This document shows positions 16,585-26,900 of a stretch of DNA of 28,635 bases, one piece after another. This DNA is from a candidate division WOR-3 bacterium. GTDB taxonomy: Bacteria > Hydrothermota > UBA3072 > B12-G15. A model generated the notes under the pieces. The model worked only from the letters and a program-made list of their open reading frames with translations. It was not told where the DNA came from and did not search any database. The stretch is taken from positions 1-28,635 of the forward strand of contig CBFGJG010000025.1 in NCBI GenBank assembly GCA_965649055.1, read 5' to 3'. Each line of letters begins with the position of its first letter. Within the stretch, counting starts at the first letter, position 1. Both the position numbers and the translations under genes were made by a program.

Positions 16585-17426
16585 AAAGTATGACAGGTTT
16601 TGGAAAATCTGTCAAAGAATACAACGGTGTGAGCCTTTCATGTGAATTGACTTCTCTGAATAATAAATATCTTGAAACTGCCTTTAATGTCCCTGATGAT
16701 ATAGAATCTTTCAGGATAGATATGATTGAAATCTTGAAGAAATATATAAAAAGAGGATATATTGAGATAAAAATAGAAATAAGACATAACAAGGATATGG
16801 TGTTTAAAATTGATAAAGAAATGTTAAATTCTTTCATTCCTGAACTCCGCAAGATGATTGACGAATTTTCGCTTGATAGAACACTTGATTTAAAAACACT
16901 CTTTTCAATACCGAACATTTTTAAAAGAGAGAAATTTCAGGAAAAAAATATAATACTGGAACTGCTTGAAGAAGCTGTAAAAGAACTTATCAGATTTAGA
17001 GAAAAAGAAGGTGAAAACATAAGGAAAAGCCTTGAAGAAAAAATTAATTTTATGAGTGATGAGATACAGAAAATAATGTTCGAATCAAATGAGGCATTGA
17101 AAGATAAAAAAGAAGAGATATTTAAAAAACTAATGGCATTAAAAGAACTTGGTTTAAACTTTTCAAAAGAAGATATTGAATTTCTTGGTTTCAGAGGTGA
17201 AATAGATGAAGAGATAATAAGACTCAAAAGCCACATAGACCTTTTGAAAGAAACCTTATATGATGTCAATCCTGTTGGAAGAAAGATAGGTTTTATAATA
17301 CAGGAAATTCTAAGGGAAGTGAATACGATTGGTTCAAAGGCAATACTCCCGGGAACTGTCCACAGGGTGATAAAGATAAAAGAGGTTGTTGAAGAAATAA
17401 GAGAACAATCAATGAATATAGAATGA
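16581..17426 (+). CDS. yicC: YicC/YloC family endoribonuclease
   Basis: 'KSMTGFG', 'EEIIRLKSH', 'QEILREVNTIGSK' and 'IREQSMNIE'; upstream of gmk. Confidence 0.95.
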   Translation: MKSMTGFGKSVKEYNGVSLSCELTSLNNKYLETAFNVPDDIESFRIDMIEILKKYIKRGYIEIKIEIRHNKDMVFKIDKEMLNSFIPELRKMIDEFSLDRTLDLKTLFSIPNIFKREKFQEKNIILELLEEAVKELIRFREKEGENIRKSLEEKINFMSDEIQKIMFESNEALKDKKEEIFKKLMALKELGLNFSKEDIEFLGFRGEIDEEIIRLKSHIDLLKETLYDVNPVGRKIGFIIQEILREVNTIGSKAILPGTVHRVIKIKEVVEEIREQSMNIE

Positions 17427-18016
17427 TTATAGTAATTTCAGGACCATCAGGTTCAGGAAAATCTACAATTGTGTCACTCCTAAAAAAAGAAGATTTTTAT
17501 TATTCAATTTCTTTTACAACAAGAAAAAAGAGAGAATCCGAAATAAATGGAAAAGATTATTTTTTTGTGAGTGAAAAAGAATTTAAAGAAATGATAAAAA
17601 AAGGAAAATTCCTTGAATATGCGAAGGTCTATGGAAACTATTATGGAACACTGAAAGAGAATGTGGTAAAAGCATTAAAAGAAAAAAAGGATGTTATTCT
17701 TGACCTTGATACAAAAGGTTCATTGAATGTAAAGAGAATATTTAAAGATGATGCAATTCTCATTTTTATTATTACTGATTCAATTGATACATTAAAAGAA
17801 AGGCTTATAAAAAGGAAGACAGAAAGCAAAGAAGAATTTGAAAGAAGGATAAACGCAGTTAAGAAAGAAATTAAAGATGGGAAAAAATTTGATTATATAA
17901 TACTGAATAAATCTGTTGATGGTGCATTGAAAGAAATAAAAGATATAATAAATTCAGAAAGAAAAAAAGTAAAAAGAAATCTAAATATACTTGAAAATTT
18001 TTTGAAAAATCTATAA
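17423..18016 (+). CDS. gmk: Guanylate kinase
   Basis: 'SGPSGSGKST', 'SFTTR', 'GKDYFF' and 'YGNYYGT'. Confidence 0.97.
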   Translation: MIIVISGPSGSGKSTIVSLLKKEDFYYSISFTTRKKRESEINGKDYFFVSEKEFKEMIKKGKFLEYAKVYGNYYGTLKENVVKALKEKKDVILDLDTKGSLNVKRIFKDDAILIFIITDSIDTLKERLIKRKTESKEEFERRINAVKKEIKDGKKFDYIILNKSVDGALKEIKDIINSERKKVKRNLNILENFLKNL

Positions 18017-18022
18017 AAAAAC

Positions 18023-18050
18023 TTGACATAAAAAAAATATCTTTTATAAA
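18023..18050 (+). promoter_or_regulatory. sigma70 promoter for the HD-GYP gene (leaderless start)
   Basis: TTGACA (18023-18028), 16 bp, TATAAA (18045-18050), 8 nt, ATG at 18059; no SD. Confidence 0.6.
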
Positions 18051-18058
18051 TATGATAA

Positions 18059-19888
18059 ATGGAATTTTATATAAACCATCTTAAAAAAACTCTAAATAAA
18101 ATTATAAAAATAAAAAATTTTATTTTTATTACAAAGGATTTCTCAACTACCAAGAGTAAAAAATTTATTCAGATGTTCAATGAAGCAAAAAATGGTATAA
18201 ACTATACAGATAAGTGGATTATCTATAAAAAAACAAATTCAGGAATACTGATCGAGATTAAAGAAAAGAAGGATAAAAAGAAACTAAAAAATCTTGTATA
18301 TGGTATAAAGCACATATACGAAGATATATATAACTATTATTTGCACCAAAAAATAAATAAAATTATCTTATCCTTACAGGATATAAAAAATTTCTCCGAT
18401 ATCTATAATTTACTTGTGAAAGAAATCTGCGAATCACTCGAGTTTGAAAAAGGTGTTTTCTGCAGATACAATCCTGATGAAAATATGATTTATGGTGTTC
18501 CACCAGGATATGGTGTTCAAAATGAAAATGATATTCTGTCGTTCAGATTCAAACTTGATGAACCATCTGCCGGTAAACATGCAATATCAACCAAGAGTAT
18601 TTATTTTACAAATGACGCAGAGAATGATCCATATATTATCAAGAAATTTGTAAAATATTTTAACGCATATAAAGTAATAATTGTCCCATTTTTCTATGCA
18701 AATAAACTTGTAGGTCTTTTCTATGGAACAAGGAATAAAAGCGGGAAAGACTTAGATGAAGAAATTTCAATTTTAAAGATCCTCTCTTCAAGTATTTCCT
18801 TGCTTTTAAATTACCTTATTGAATCAGAGAAAAGGACAAAAAGAGAAGAAAGTATTCTCGAATTACAAAATGCTAACCTTGCAATTTCATCTGAGATAGA
18901 CATTGACAAGGTCCTATCGCTTATCTCTGAAGAGATTGTAAAACTACTTGATGCCGATGCAACATCCCTTATGATATTTGATAATGAAAAAAATGGCTTT
19001 GTTATAAAAAGTTCCTATGGTTTATCTGAAGAATATGTAAGAAAACAATTTATCCCTTATCAAAATGTGGAAAAATTTATTAAAAATAATTATCCTACAA
19101 TGATCACTGAAGATTTGAGGAAACAATATTACGGAGATAAAGAAATAATAGAAAAGGAGGGGCTTATATCCTGCCTTTCAACAGCGGTAATATCAGAGAA
19201 CAAGCTGATGGGTATTCTGAATGTATATCAGAGAAGACTGAGAAAATTCACAGAAGATGATATACTTATCATAAAGGTCTTTGCAGCACAGGCCGGGGTT
19301 GCTATAAGGAATGCAAGACTTTATGAAAAAATCCTACAGACAACCGAAAGTTTTATAATCACACTTTCAGAAATGGAAGCATTAAAAGACCTTTATACAT
19401 TATCACATTCTGAAAATGTTGCAACACTTGCTTTAAAGATAGGTATGGCAATGGGACTACCACAAAAGATGCTCGATGATATCTACAGGGCTGGCTTATT
19501 GCACGATGTTGGGAAAATAATCGTTGAAAGAAACCTATTGATAAAGCCTGAAAGACTAACAGATGAAGAGATGGAAGAAGTTAAAAAACATGTTGAATTT
19601 GGTAAAGATATAATAGAAAGAATAAGTGAGTTTGAAACAATTACAGAATACATATACTATCACCATGAAAGATATGACGGAAAAGGATACCCCAAAGGTC
19701 TTAAAAACGATAATATTCCACTCGGCGCAAGAATCCTTGCAGTTGCAGATGCAATAGAAGCAATGTTATCAGAAAGACCTTATAGAAGCAGAATGACAAT
19801 AGAAGATGTAAAAAACGAGCTTATAAAAGAAAAAGGCTCTCAATTTGATCCACATATCGTTGATATCGCATTAAAAATCCTTGAATAA
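18059..19888 (+). CDS. GAF-GAF-HD-GYP cyclic dinucleotide phosphodiesterase
   Basis: Two GAF-like segments followed by 'HSENVA', 'LLHDVGK', 'HHERYDGKGYP', 'RILAVAD', 'RPYR' and 'QFDP'. Confidence 0.92.
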   Translation: MEFYINHLKKTLNKIIKIKNFIFITKDFSTTKSKKFIQMFNEAKNGINYTDKWIIYKKTNSGILIEIKEKKDKKKLKNLVYGIKHIYEDIYNYYLHQKINKIILSLQDIKNFSDIYNLLVKEICESLEFEKGVFCRYNPDENMIYGVPPGYGVQNENDILSFRFKLDEPSAGKHAISTKSIYFTNDAENDPYIIKKFVKYFNAYKVIIVPFFYANKLVGLFYGTRNKSGKDLDEEISILKILSSSISLLLNYLIESEKRTKREESILELQNANLAISSEIDIDKVLSLISEEIVKLLDADATSLMIFDNEKNGFVIKSSYGLSEEYVRKQFIPYQNVEKFIKNNYPTMITEDLRKQYYGDKEIIEKEGLISCLSTAVISENKLMGILNVYQRRLRKFTEDDILIIKVFAAQAGVAIRNARLYEKILQTTESFIITLSEMEALKDLYTLSHSENVATLALKIGMAMGLPQKMLDDIYRAGLLHDVGKIIVERNLLIKPERLTDEEMEEVKKHVEFGKDIIERISEFETITEYIYYHHERYDGKGYPKGLKNDNIPLGARILAVADAIEAMLSERPYRSRMTIEDVKNELIKEKGSQFDPHIVDIALKILE

Positions 19889-20003
19889 TGTGGATAACCT
19901 GTGGAAAATTTGTCCAAATCTTATAAGCAATTGATAATCAATAAAATAAACCTAACCCATTATCCACAAAAATATTATTTTTTTGATAAAAATCAACTGA
20001 TTA
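19889..20003. promoter_or_regulatory. Cluster of DnaA boxes and IHF consensus sites between convergent genes
   Basis: TGTGGATAA 19889-19897, TGTGGAAAA 19900-19908 and TTATCCACA 19960-19968; exact WATCAANNNNTTR matches at 19924-19936 (-) and 19991-20003 (+). Confidence 0.65.
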
Positions 20004-20026
20004 AGAAGGGATTTTGAACTGAAACT

Positions 20027-21106
20027 TCAACCTAAGTCTTTAAGTTCATCTTCTCTGAATGTGAGTAATGGTGGGGTTTCTTCATAGTCTCTACCAGGTT
20101 TATAATCAAATATCTCCCTTGTCTTTTCGCCAACAGAATAGAAAATTCTTTGAAGTTCTATATCTTTCGGGCAGGCATCTTCGCATAATCCACATCCAAC
20201 GCAGGAATGTGACATATGTGTCAATCTCCCAATCTGGAAAAACAGGGTATCTGTTGGCATCTTTGTTCCACCTTTTTTCTCACCCCAAAGGAAGAAATTC
20301 TCAGGTTTGTACTCAAATACAGGCGATTCCCAGAAACATTCCTTACAGAAACATATCGGGCATTGATGCATACAATTATGGCATGTTATACAATCTTTAT
20401 AAAAATTTAAAATATTATCTATCCCGTATACTTCTTTTAAAGTGGCTCCCTTAACTTCTTCCCATTTTTTTGTCCTTCTCTCAATTATATTCTTTATCCT
20501 CTCTTCCCTTTTATTTTCCTCTTTTTCTTCTGTCTCGAAACTTCTAAATATCTCTTCACCAATTTCTGTCTGTGGTATCAGGATTAATCCTTCTTCTATA
20601 CCAAAATATCCCATTATCAAATCTGCATTCTTATTTGGTATAGGGTTTGTGCAGGTCATACAGGATCTTCTTAAATTTTCATCTGTATCTTTTTTTACAT
20701 CCTCTAAAAATGTATTAAATGGTTCTCTTATTTCCTTCAATTTCTCTGTTCCATATGCACCAAAACAGTCAATACCTATTATTATTATATTTTCCCTTTC
20801 AATCTGTTTAAATTTTACGAGTTCAACAAATGCATTCAAATCACAGGGTCTTAATATAACTGCAATCCTTCTCTCACTCTTTTTTGTCCTTGTTATCCTT
20901 TTTATCTCATTTGCAGTAGAAACTGGAAATGAAGGAAAAAAAGGATTCATTAAATCTGTAAATTTTTTATCTGTAAAAAATATAATTGAATAATTCCCAT
21001 TAAATAAGACAGGTCCTACCATGCCATCTACGAGACCTTTTTCAAAAATTCCTTTTATAAAAAACCTTGAAGATTCAATCAAATCACCTTTTCTTATTAT
21101 TCGCAT
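20027..21106 (-). CDS. FdhB/FrhB-like iron-sulfur protein (Hdr-associated electron-transfer subunit)
   Basis: 'LRPCD', 'IGIDC', 'CITCHNCMHQCPICFCKEC' and 'CVGCGLCEDACP'. Confidence 0.85.
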   Translation of the reverse strand: MRIIRKGDLIESSRFFIKGIFEKGLVDGMVGPVLFNGNYSIIFFTDKKFTDLMNPFFPSFPVSTANEIKRITRTKKSERRIAVILRPCDLNAFVELVKFKQIERENIIIIGIDCFGAYGTEKLKEIREPFNTFLEDVKKDTDENLRRSCMTCTNPIPNKNADLIMGYFGIEEGLILIPQTEIGEEIFRSFETEEKEENKREERIKNIIERRTKKWEEVKGATLKEVYGIDNILNFYKDCITCHNCMHQCPICFCKECFWESPVFEYKPENFFLWGEKKGGTKMPTDTLFFQIGRLTHMSHSCVGCGLCEDACPKDIELQRIFYSVGEKTREIFDYKPGRDYEETPPLLTFREDELKDLG

Positions 21107-21115
21107 CCTTCCCCC

Positions 21116-21553
21116 TTAAACATTCCATCTTTTCCCAATCTCATTAGGCCCTAATTTTTTAATTGTTTCTGTTATCTCTGTCATAGTCTTTGCGAATTTC
21201 ACACCTTCACTTGCAGATATCCATTTCAGGAATATCCGTTCTTCACCAAGACCCAGTGTCTTAAATATCGTCTTTATTATTTTTATCCTTCTTCTTGTCT
21301 TATAGTTTCCATTTATATAATGGCAATCACCGGGATGGCATCCGCCTACTACGACCGCGTCAGCGCCTTCAAGCAACCCTCTTATAATATATGCAGGGTC
21401 AACGGTTCCTGAACACCAGACCCTTAGGGGTCTTATGTTTGTTGGATATTTCATCCTTGAAGTCCCTGCAAGGTCAGCTGCTGCCGAAGTGCACCAGTTA
21501 CAGAAAAATCCAAGTATTTTTGGTTCAAAACCCTTGTTTTCAGATTCGTTCAT
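21116..21553 (-). CDS. mvhD: MvhD/FlpD [2Fe-2S] hydrogenase delta-subunit family
   Basis: 'FFCNWC', 'ADLAG', 'CSG', 'GCHPGDCHY' and 'WISASEG'. Confidence 0.95.
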   Translation of the reverse strand: MNESENKGFEPKILGFFCNWCTSAAADLAGTSRMKYPTNIRPLRVWCSGTVDPAYIIRGLLEGADAVVVGGCHPGDCHYINGNYKTRRRIKIIKTIFKTLGLGEERIFLKWISASEGVKFAKTMTEITETIKKLGPNEIGKRWNV

Positions 21554-21561
21554 ATTCCCTC

Positions 21562-23244
21562 CTATAAACCAGCTGGAAGGAATGGATCAAAGTCCTTCCT
21601 GTGTTTCTCAATTGTCTTCAGATTTCTGTATTCAGGTAAGAGTATAGGGCTTCTAAGTTTCGTTTCTATCCCTGCCTCTTTTAATTCCCTTTCGTAATTT
21701 CTGATATGTTCAATGTGTAATTTCCCTTTAAACACCCTTTCCTTTGAAATCTTTGCACTTTCTATTCCAGCCCTTGCACCAAAAACATTGTAATCAAGGA
21801 CTGAATTTCCCATTAGTCTGTTTCTTCCGTGGAGACCTCCAGAAACCTCACCGGCAACAAGTAAATATGGAAGATTCGTATGACAGTGCTCATCATTTTC
21901 TATTCCTCCATTCTGATAATGTAGTGTTGGATAAACAAGCATTGGTTCCTTTCTTATATCAATACCGAATCTCCTGTATTGTCTGAACATCGCAGGGAAT
22001 GCCTTTTCAATCGTCCCTTCCCCCTGAATAAGCTCTATTATTGGAGAATCAAGCCATATACCCACCCTACCTTCAGGTGTCTTTATTCCATTACCGGTAG
22101 CACAAGCCCTTATAAAAGATGATGCCTCAACATCCCTTGGTTCGAGTGGATATACAAACAATTCTCCGTCTTTATTCAAAGGCTGTCCACCAAAGCCTCT
22201 TATCTTTTCTGTTATTAAAAATCCATATATCTGTTCAGGGTATATTGCACCTGTTGGATGGTATTGTGCAGAATCCATATAAATAAGTTTAGCCCCTGCC
22301 CTATATGCCATAACAAGACCATCTGCTGTTGCACCATAATGGTTTGTGGTTGGAAAACCTTTTATATGCAATCTACCAAAACCACCTGTGGTTATTATAG
22401 TCACCTTTGCCTTAACAACAAGATATTCACCTGTTTCCATATCAAAAAGTATTGCACCTGATACCTGATTATCCTCATCAAGTAAAAGTTCTACTGCTGG
22501 ATGGTATTCAAGATATGTTATTAAATCAGGTCTTGATTTTACCTCATCCCTTAAAACCCTCATTATCTCAGCACCTGTATAATCCTTACAGGATAGCATC
22601 CTCCTCCTTGATGTTCCACCACCTGCTGCTGTCTTAAGATTACCTTTTTCATCCCTATCCCAAATAACACCAAGTTCCTCAAGGAACCTCACAATAAAAG
22701 GTGCATCTGTAACAAGTGCTCGGACAAGTTCAGGTTTATTATCAAAATGTCCACCACCAAGAACATCAAGGTAATGTATAGCAGGTGAATCACTCTCATT
22801 CACAGATGCCTGCATTCCACCCTGTGACATCATTGAATTTGCATCTCCAAGCCTCAATTTTGTTGATATAATAACCTTTGCCCCTTCATTAGAAGCCCAT
22901 ATAGCTGCCATACATCCTGCTCCGCCGCCACCTATTATTAAAACATCTGTTTCATAATCAGGTTCACCTATCTCAAATTTATCAGGGTCTATTATTGAAT
23001 GAGATTCAAGAAGCCTCACAACATCTGTTAAAAGCATCTCACCTTTATTTGGACCTATTCTTATTTTAGCCCTTGCATCAGGTTGATAATCAGGATGGTA
23101 TTTAGAAAGAACCTCATCCCTTTCTTCTGCACTCATAGGTTTTAAAAAGTTAATGAGTCCTTTCTTTGCCATCTCAAGCCTTTTGGGCCTTGTCTCTTGA
23201 ACCTTCTTTAAGGACTCATACATATATTCAGGATAACCACTCAT
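21562..23244 (-). CDS. Fumarate reductase/succinate dehydrogenase flavoprotein-like subunit (TfrA/FrdA-like)
   Basis: 'IIGGGGAG', 'SQGG', 'TGGFG', 'QYHPT', 'ITEKIRG', 'PRD', 'HYQNGG' and 'HGRNRLMGNS'. Confidence 0.9.
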   Translation of the reverse strand: MSGYPEYMYESLKKVQETRPKRLEMAKKGLINFLKPMSAEERDEVLSKYHPDYQPDARAKIRIGPNKGEMLLTDVVRLLESHSIIDPDKFEIGEPDYETDVLIIGGGGAGCMAAIWASNEGAKVIISTKLRLGDANSMMSQGGMQASVNESDSPAIHYLDVLGGGHFDNKPELVRALVTDAPFIVRFLEELGVIWDRDEKGNLKTAAGGGTSRRRMLSCKDYTGAEIMRVLRDEVKSRPDLITYLEYHPAVELLLDEDNQVSGAILFDMETGEYLVVKAKVTIITTGGFGRLHIKGFPTTNHYGATADGLVMAYRAGAKLIYMDSAQYHPTGAIYPEQIYGFLITEKIRGFGGQPLNKDGELFVYPLEPRDVEASSFIRACATGNGIKTPEGRVGIWLDSPIIELIQGEGTIEKAFPAMFRQYRRFGIDIRKEPMLVYPTLHYQNGGIENDEHCHTNLPYLLVAGEVSGGLHGRNRLMGNSVLDYNVFGARAGIESAKISKERVFKGKLHIEHIRNYERELKEAGIETKLRSPILLPEYRNLKTIEKHRKDFDPFLPAGL

Positions 23245-23252
23245 TCTTCCTC

Positions 23253-23933
23253 CTAATCCGTATCGAGTTTTATATCACGGGCAAAGTATTTTTTCTTAAG
23301 TTCATCTTTAGGCATCATCATAAGTAACTTTATCTCATTATCAAATTTCCCTTCCTTTATCTCATTCAATCTCTTATCAAGTTTATCTGATTTCTTCTGC
23401 AGATATTTTCCATACAATCTCCTTGCAAGCATAGCAACATGCAATTGTGGTATCTCTGCAGGACATCTTATATTACACAATCCGCACATAATACAATCAA
23501 ATGAAAGTTCGGAAGCAAGTTCCAGGTCTCCCCTTATAGTAGCCTGAACATAGTCCATAACCTGTATTTCCTGTGGACATATCTTTGTGCATGTATTACA
23601 GGAAACACACCTGTAAACCTCAGGGAAATATCTGTTGAATGGTTCATTATTCGGTGTTAACTCATCAATGTTATAAACCTTTTTTTCAGCAGGTGAATAC
23701 GGGACTTGGACAATATGCATACCTGGTTTTACAACAGTCTGACAGCCCAGACCACCATACAATTTATAATCATTTGGGAGCCTGTATAAAGATGCACAGG
23801 CACCGCAGAAACCTTCCCTGCATCCTACGCCTTTCTTCAGTTTAAAACCAGCATATTCAAGTGCAGTTATTATAGTTGAGCCTTCCGGGACAAGATATTT
23901 CTTCCCGTATATATACACTGGAATAAAATTCAT
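23253..23933 (-). CDS. FrdB/SdhB-like iron-sulfur subunit ([2Fe-2S] plus 2x[4Fe-4S])
   Basis: 'GCREGFCGAC...CQT', 'CVSCNTCTKICP' and 'CIMCGLCNIRCP'; GGAGGTGA RBS before the ATG at 23933. Confidence 0.88.
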   Translation of the reverse strand: MNFIPVYIYGKKYLVPEGSTIITALEYAGFKLKKGVGCREGFCGACASLYRLPNDYKLYGGLGCQTVVKPGMHIVQVPYSPAEKKVYNIDELTPNNEPFNRYFPEVYRCVSCNTCTKICPQEIQVMDYVQATIRGDLELASELSFDCIMCGLCNIRCPAEIPQLHVAMLARRLYGKYLQKKSDKLDKRLNEIKEGKFDNEIKLLMMMPKDELKKKYFARDIKLDTD

Positions 23934-23946
23934 ATCACCTCCAATT

Positions 23947-26900
23947 TCAATAATCCTCAGTGATAATATGCACCATATCAAATACCTGTGATTTTGAAAG
24001 ATTCTTTAATGTTATTGCACCAGACGGGCATCCCGCACTGCATGCACCACATCCTTCGCATATTGCCTCATTAACAACAGATACCTTCTTTTTCTTATCT
24101 ATTGTTATAGCAGAATACGGGCATATAGCCTCACAGAATCCGCATCCAGCACATATTTCAGTGTCAACATTTGCAATCACAGGTTCTCTCAGGAACTCGT
24201 CTTTTGAGAATAAAGATAAAACCTTACTTGCAGCACCTGAAGCATGTGATACTGTATCAGTAATATCCTTTGGGAATTGTGATACACCTGCAATGAATAT
24301 CCCTGATGTTGCAGTTTCAAGTGGTCTTAATTTAAGATGGACTTCCTGCATCCATCCATAGGCATCAGTTGGTATCCTCAATTTCTTTGCAAGTTCTTTA
24401 GCACCTAAAGAAGGAATCATTGCAGTTCCAAGGACAACCATATCAACCTCAAGTTCTATCCTCTCACCTAACAATGTATCAACACCAAGAATAACAATCT
24501 TATCATTCTTTCTATAAATTTTGCTAACCTTACCCCTCACATACAAAACCTCTTCTTCCTCTTTTGCCCTCTGTATAAATTCCTCATATCCTTTTCCATT
24601 TGACCTTATATCTATATAGAAAACATAAGCCTTTCCATCATGAACCTGATGTTTATAAAGCATTGCCTGTTTACCAAGATACATACAGCAAATCCTGGAA
24701 CAGTAAGCAAGGTTATGTGCAGGGTCCCTTGAACCTGCACAGCTTATGAACGCTATCGATTCAGGGATCTTTCCATCCGATGGTCTTTTTGGAACACCGG
24801 CAGTTGGTCCGGATGCACAGAGCAATCTCTCAAACTGTAATCCATCAATAACATCAGGGATTTTTCCTCCACCGTATTCAGGTATCTCTTTCAGATTAAG
24901 CAGTTCAAAACCTGTTGCAACAACAATTGCACCTACCTTTTCTTCAATTATCTGGTCTTTAAGATTATGGTCAATTGCCTTTGGCTCGCATTTCTCAACA
25001 CAGAGTTTACACTCAGAGCATCCACCACAATTTATACACCTTTTTGCCTGTTCAACAATATCCTTATCAGAATAACCTATTTCAACCTCATTGAAATTAT
25101 TTATCCTTGAAGAAACAGGGATTGAAGGCATCTTCATCCTCGGTATTTTTTCAGCAAGTTCCCTATATCCTATAAGTTCTGATTTAAATGGGGGCTCAAA
25201 TTCCCTGTTTTCGTATAAATCCTCATTATTTAAGAATTTCTTTATAGATTCAGCTGCCCTTCTTCCATCACCAACAGCATCTATGAATGTTGCCGGTCCT
25301 CTTGATACATCTCCACCAGCAAATACCTTTGGTATTGAAGTCTGCAAGGTTATTTCATCTGTTAATATACTTTCCCATTTTGTCTTCTTTATATCGATAT
25401 CACCAAGGAATGAGAGCTCAGGCCTCTCACCTATTGCAAGTATAACATTATCACAATCTATTGTATAATTTGAACCCTCAACCGGTATTGGTCTTCTTCT
25501 TCCTGATGAATCAGGTTCACCGAGCTTCATCTTTATTAACTCTACCTTTTTAAGTTTTCCATTTTCACCTATGAATTTCACCGGATTTGTCAAAAATAAT
25601 ATCTCAATACCCTCTTCGACTGCAGCCTCAACCTCATCCTTTATTGCAGGCATCTCCTCTATTGACCTTCTATAAATAATCTTTACCTTCTTTCCTAACC
25701 TCAATGCAGTCCTTGCAGCATCTATTGCAGAGTTTCCACCACCAACAACAAAAACATTCTCACCCAATTCGACCTTTTCACCCAAATTCACCTTCTTTAG
25801 AAAATCAAGTGCACCTATTACACCTTGAAGATTTTCTCCCTCAATTCCCATTTCCATCTCTCTGTGTGCACCTGCTCCAATAAAGACCGCATCTGAATTT
25901 TCAAGTATTTCCTTAAATGTTATATCTTTTCCAACCTCTGTATTCATCCTGAATTTTACACCTGTTGATTTTATAAAATCTATTTCCCTTCTTAAAACAT
26001 CCTTAGGGAGTCTGTAAGATGGAATACCTGTAAGAAGCAATCCCCCAGGTTCGGGAAGTTTATCAATAACCTCAACCTGGAACCCTTCAAGCCTCAGGTC
26101 GTATGCACATATAAGCCCTGCAGGACCTGCACCAATTATTGTTATCTTTTCTTTCCTTTCTTCTTTTATCTCAAAATTTGTATCTATCTTACCCTTTGTA
26201 TTCCATTCCCAATCAGCAAGGAATCTCTTAATATATTTTATTATGACTGATTCATCAACATTCTTCCTATCACATTCCCCTTCGCATGGATGTGTGCATA
26301 TCCTTCCTGCAACACCTGCAAACGGGAATCTGCTTTCCTCCCTGATTATCTTGATTCCCTGGTCAAATCTTCCAGCCCTTGTTGCAGCAACATAACCCTG
26401 AACATTCAGATGTGCAGGGCATCTTGCCTTACAGGGTGGTGTTCCTTTTTTCTCAATAGTGAACACATTAGGAACAGCCTGTGCAAATGGTCTATAAATT
26501 GCCTTTTTCAATGATAGGTAACCATTATAATTATCAGGGATTAAAACAGGGCAAACCTCAGAACAATCCGCACATCCTTTACATTTACTATAATCAACAT
26601 AGGCAGATTTTCTTCTTATCTTAACATTGAAATTTCCAATGTATCCTGAAACACTATCTATTTCTGAATATGTGTATAACTTTATATTTGGATGCTGACC
26701 AACATCCGTCATCTTAGGTGTCTCAATACATTGCGGGCAATCAAGTGTCGGGAATGTCTCTGAAAGAAGTATCATCTTCCCGCCAATAGTTGGCTCCTTC
26801 TCTACAAGCACAACCTCATATCCACCATCCGCAATATCAAGCGAAGCCTGAATCCCTGCTATTCCACCACCTATAACAAGTGCCCTTTTTGTTATAGGAA

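Noticed and set aside
19889..20026. dif site or intrinsic terminator at the convergent junction
   Set aside because: No XerD-arm (TTATGTTAAAT-like) match and no GC-rich hairpin with a U-tract.
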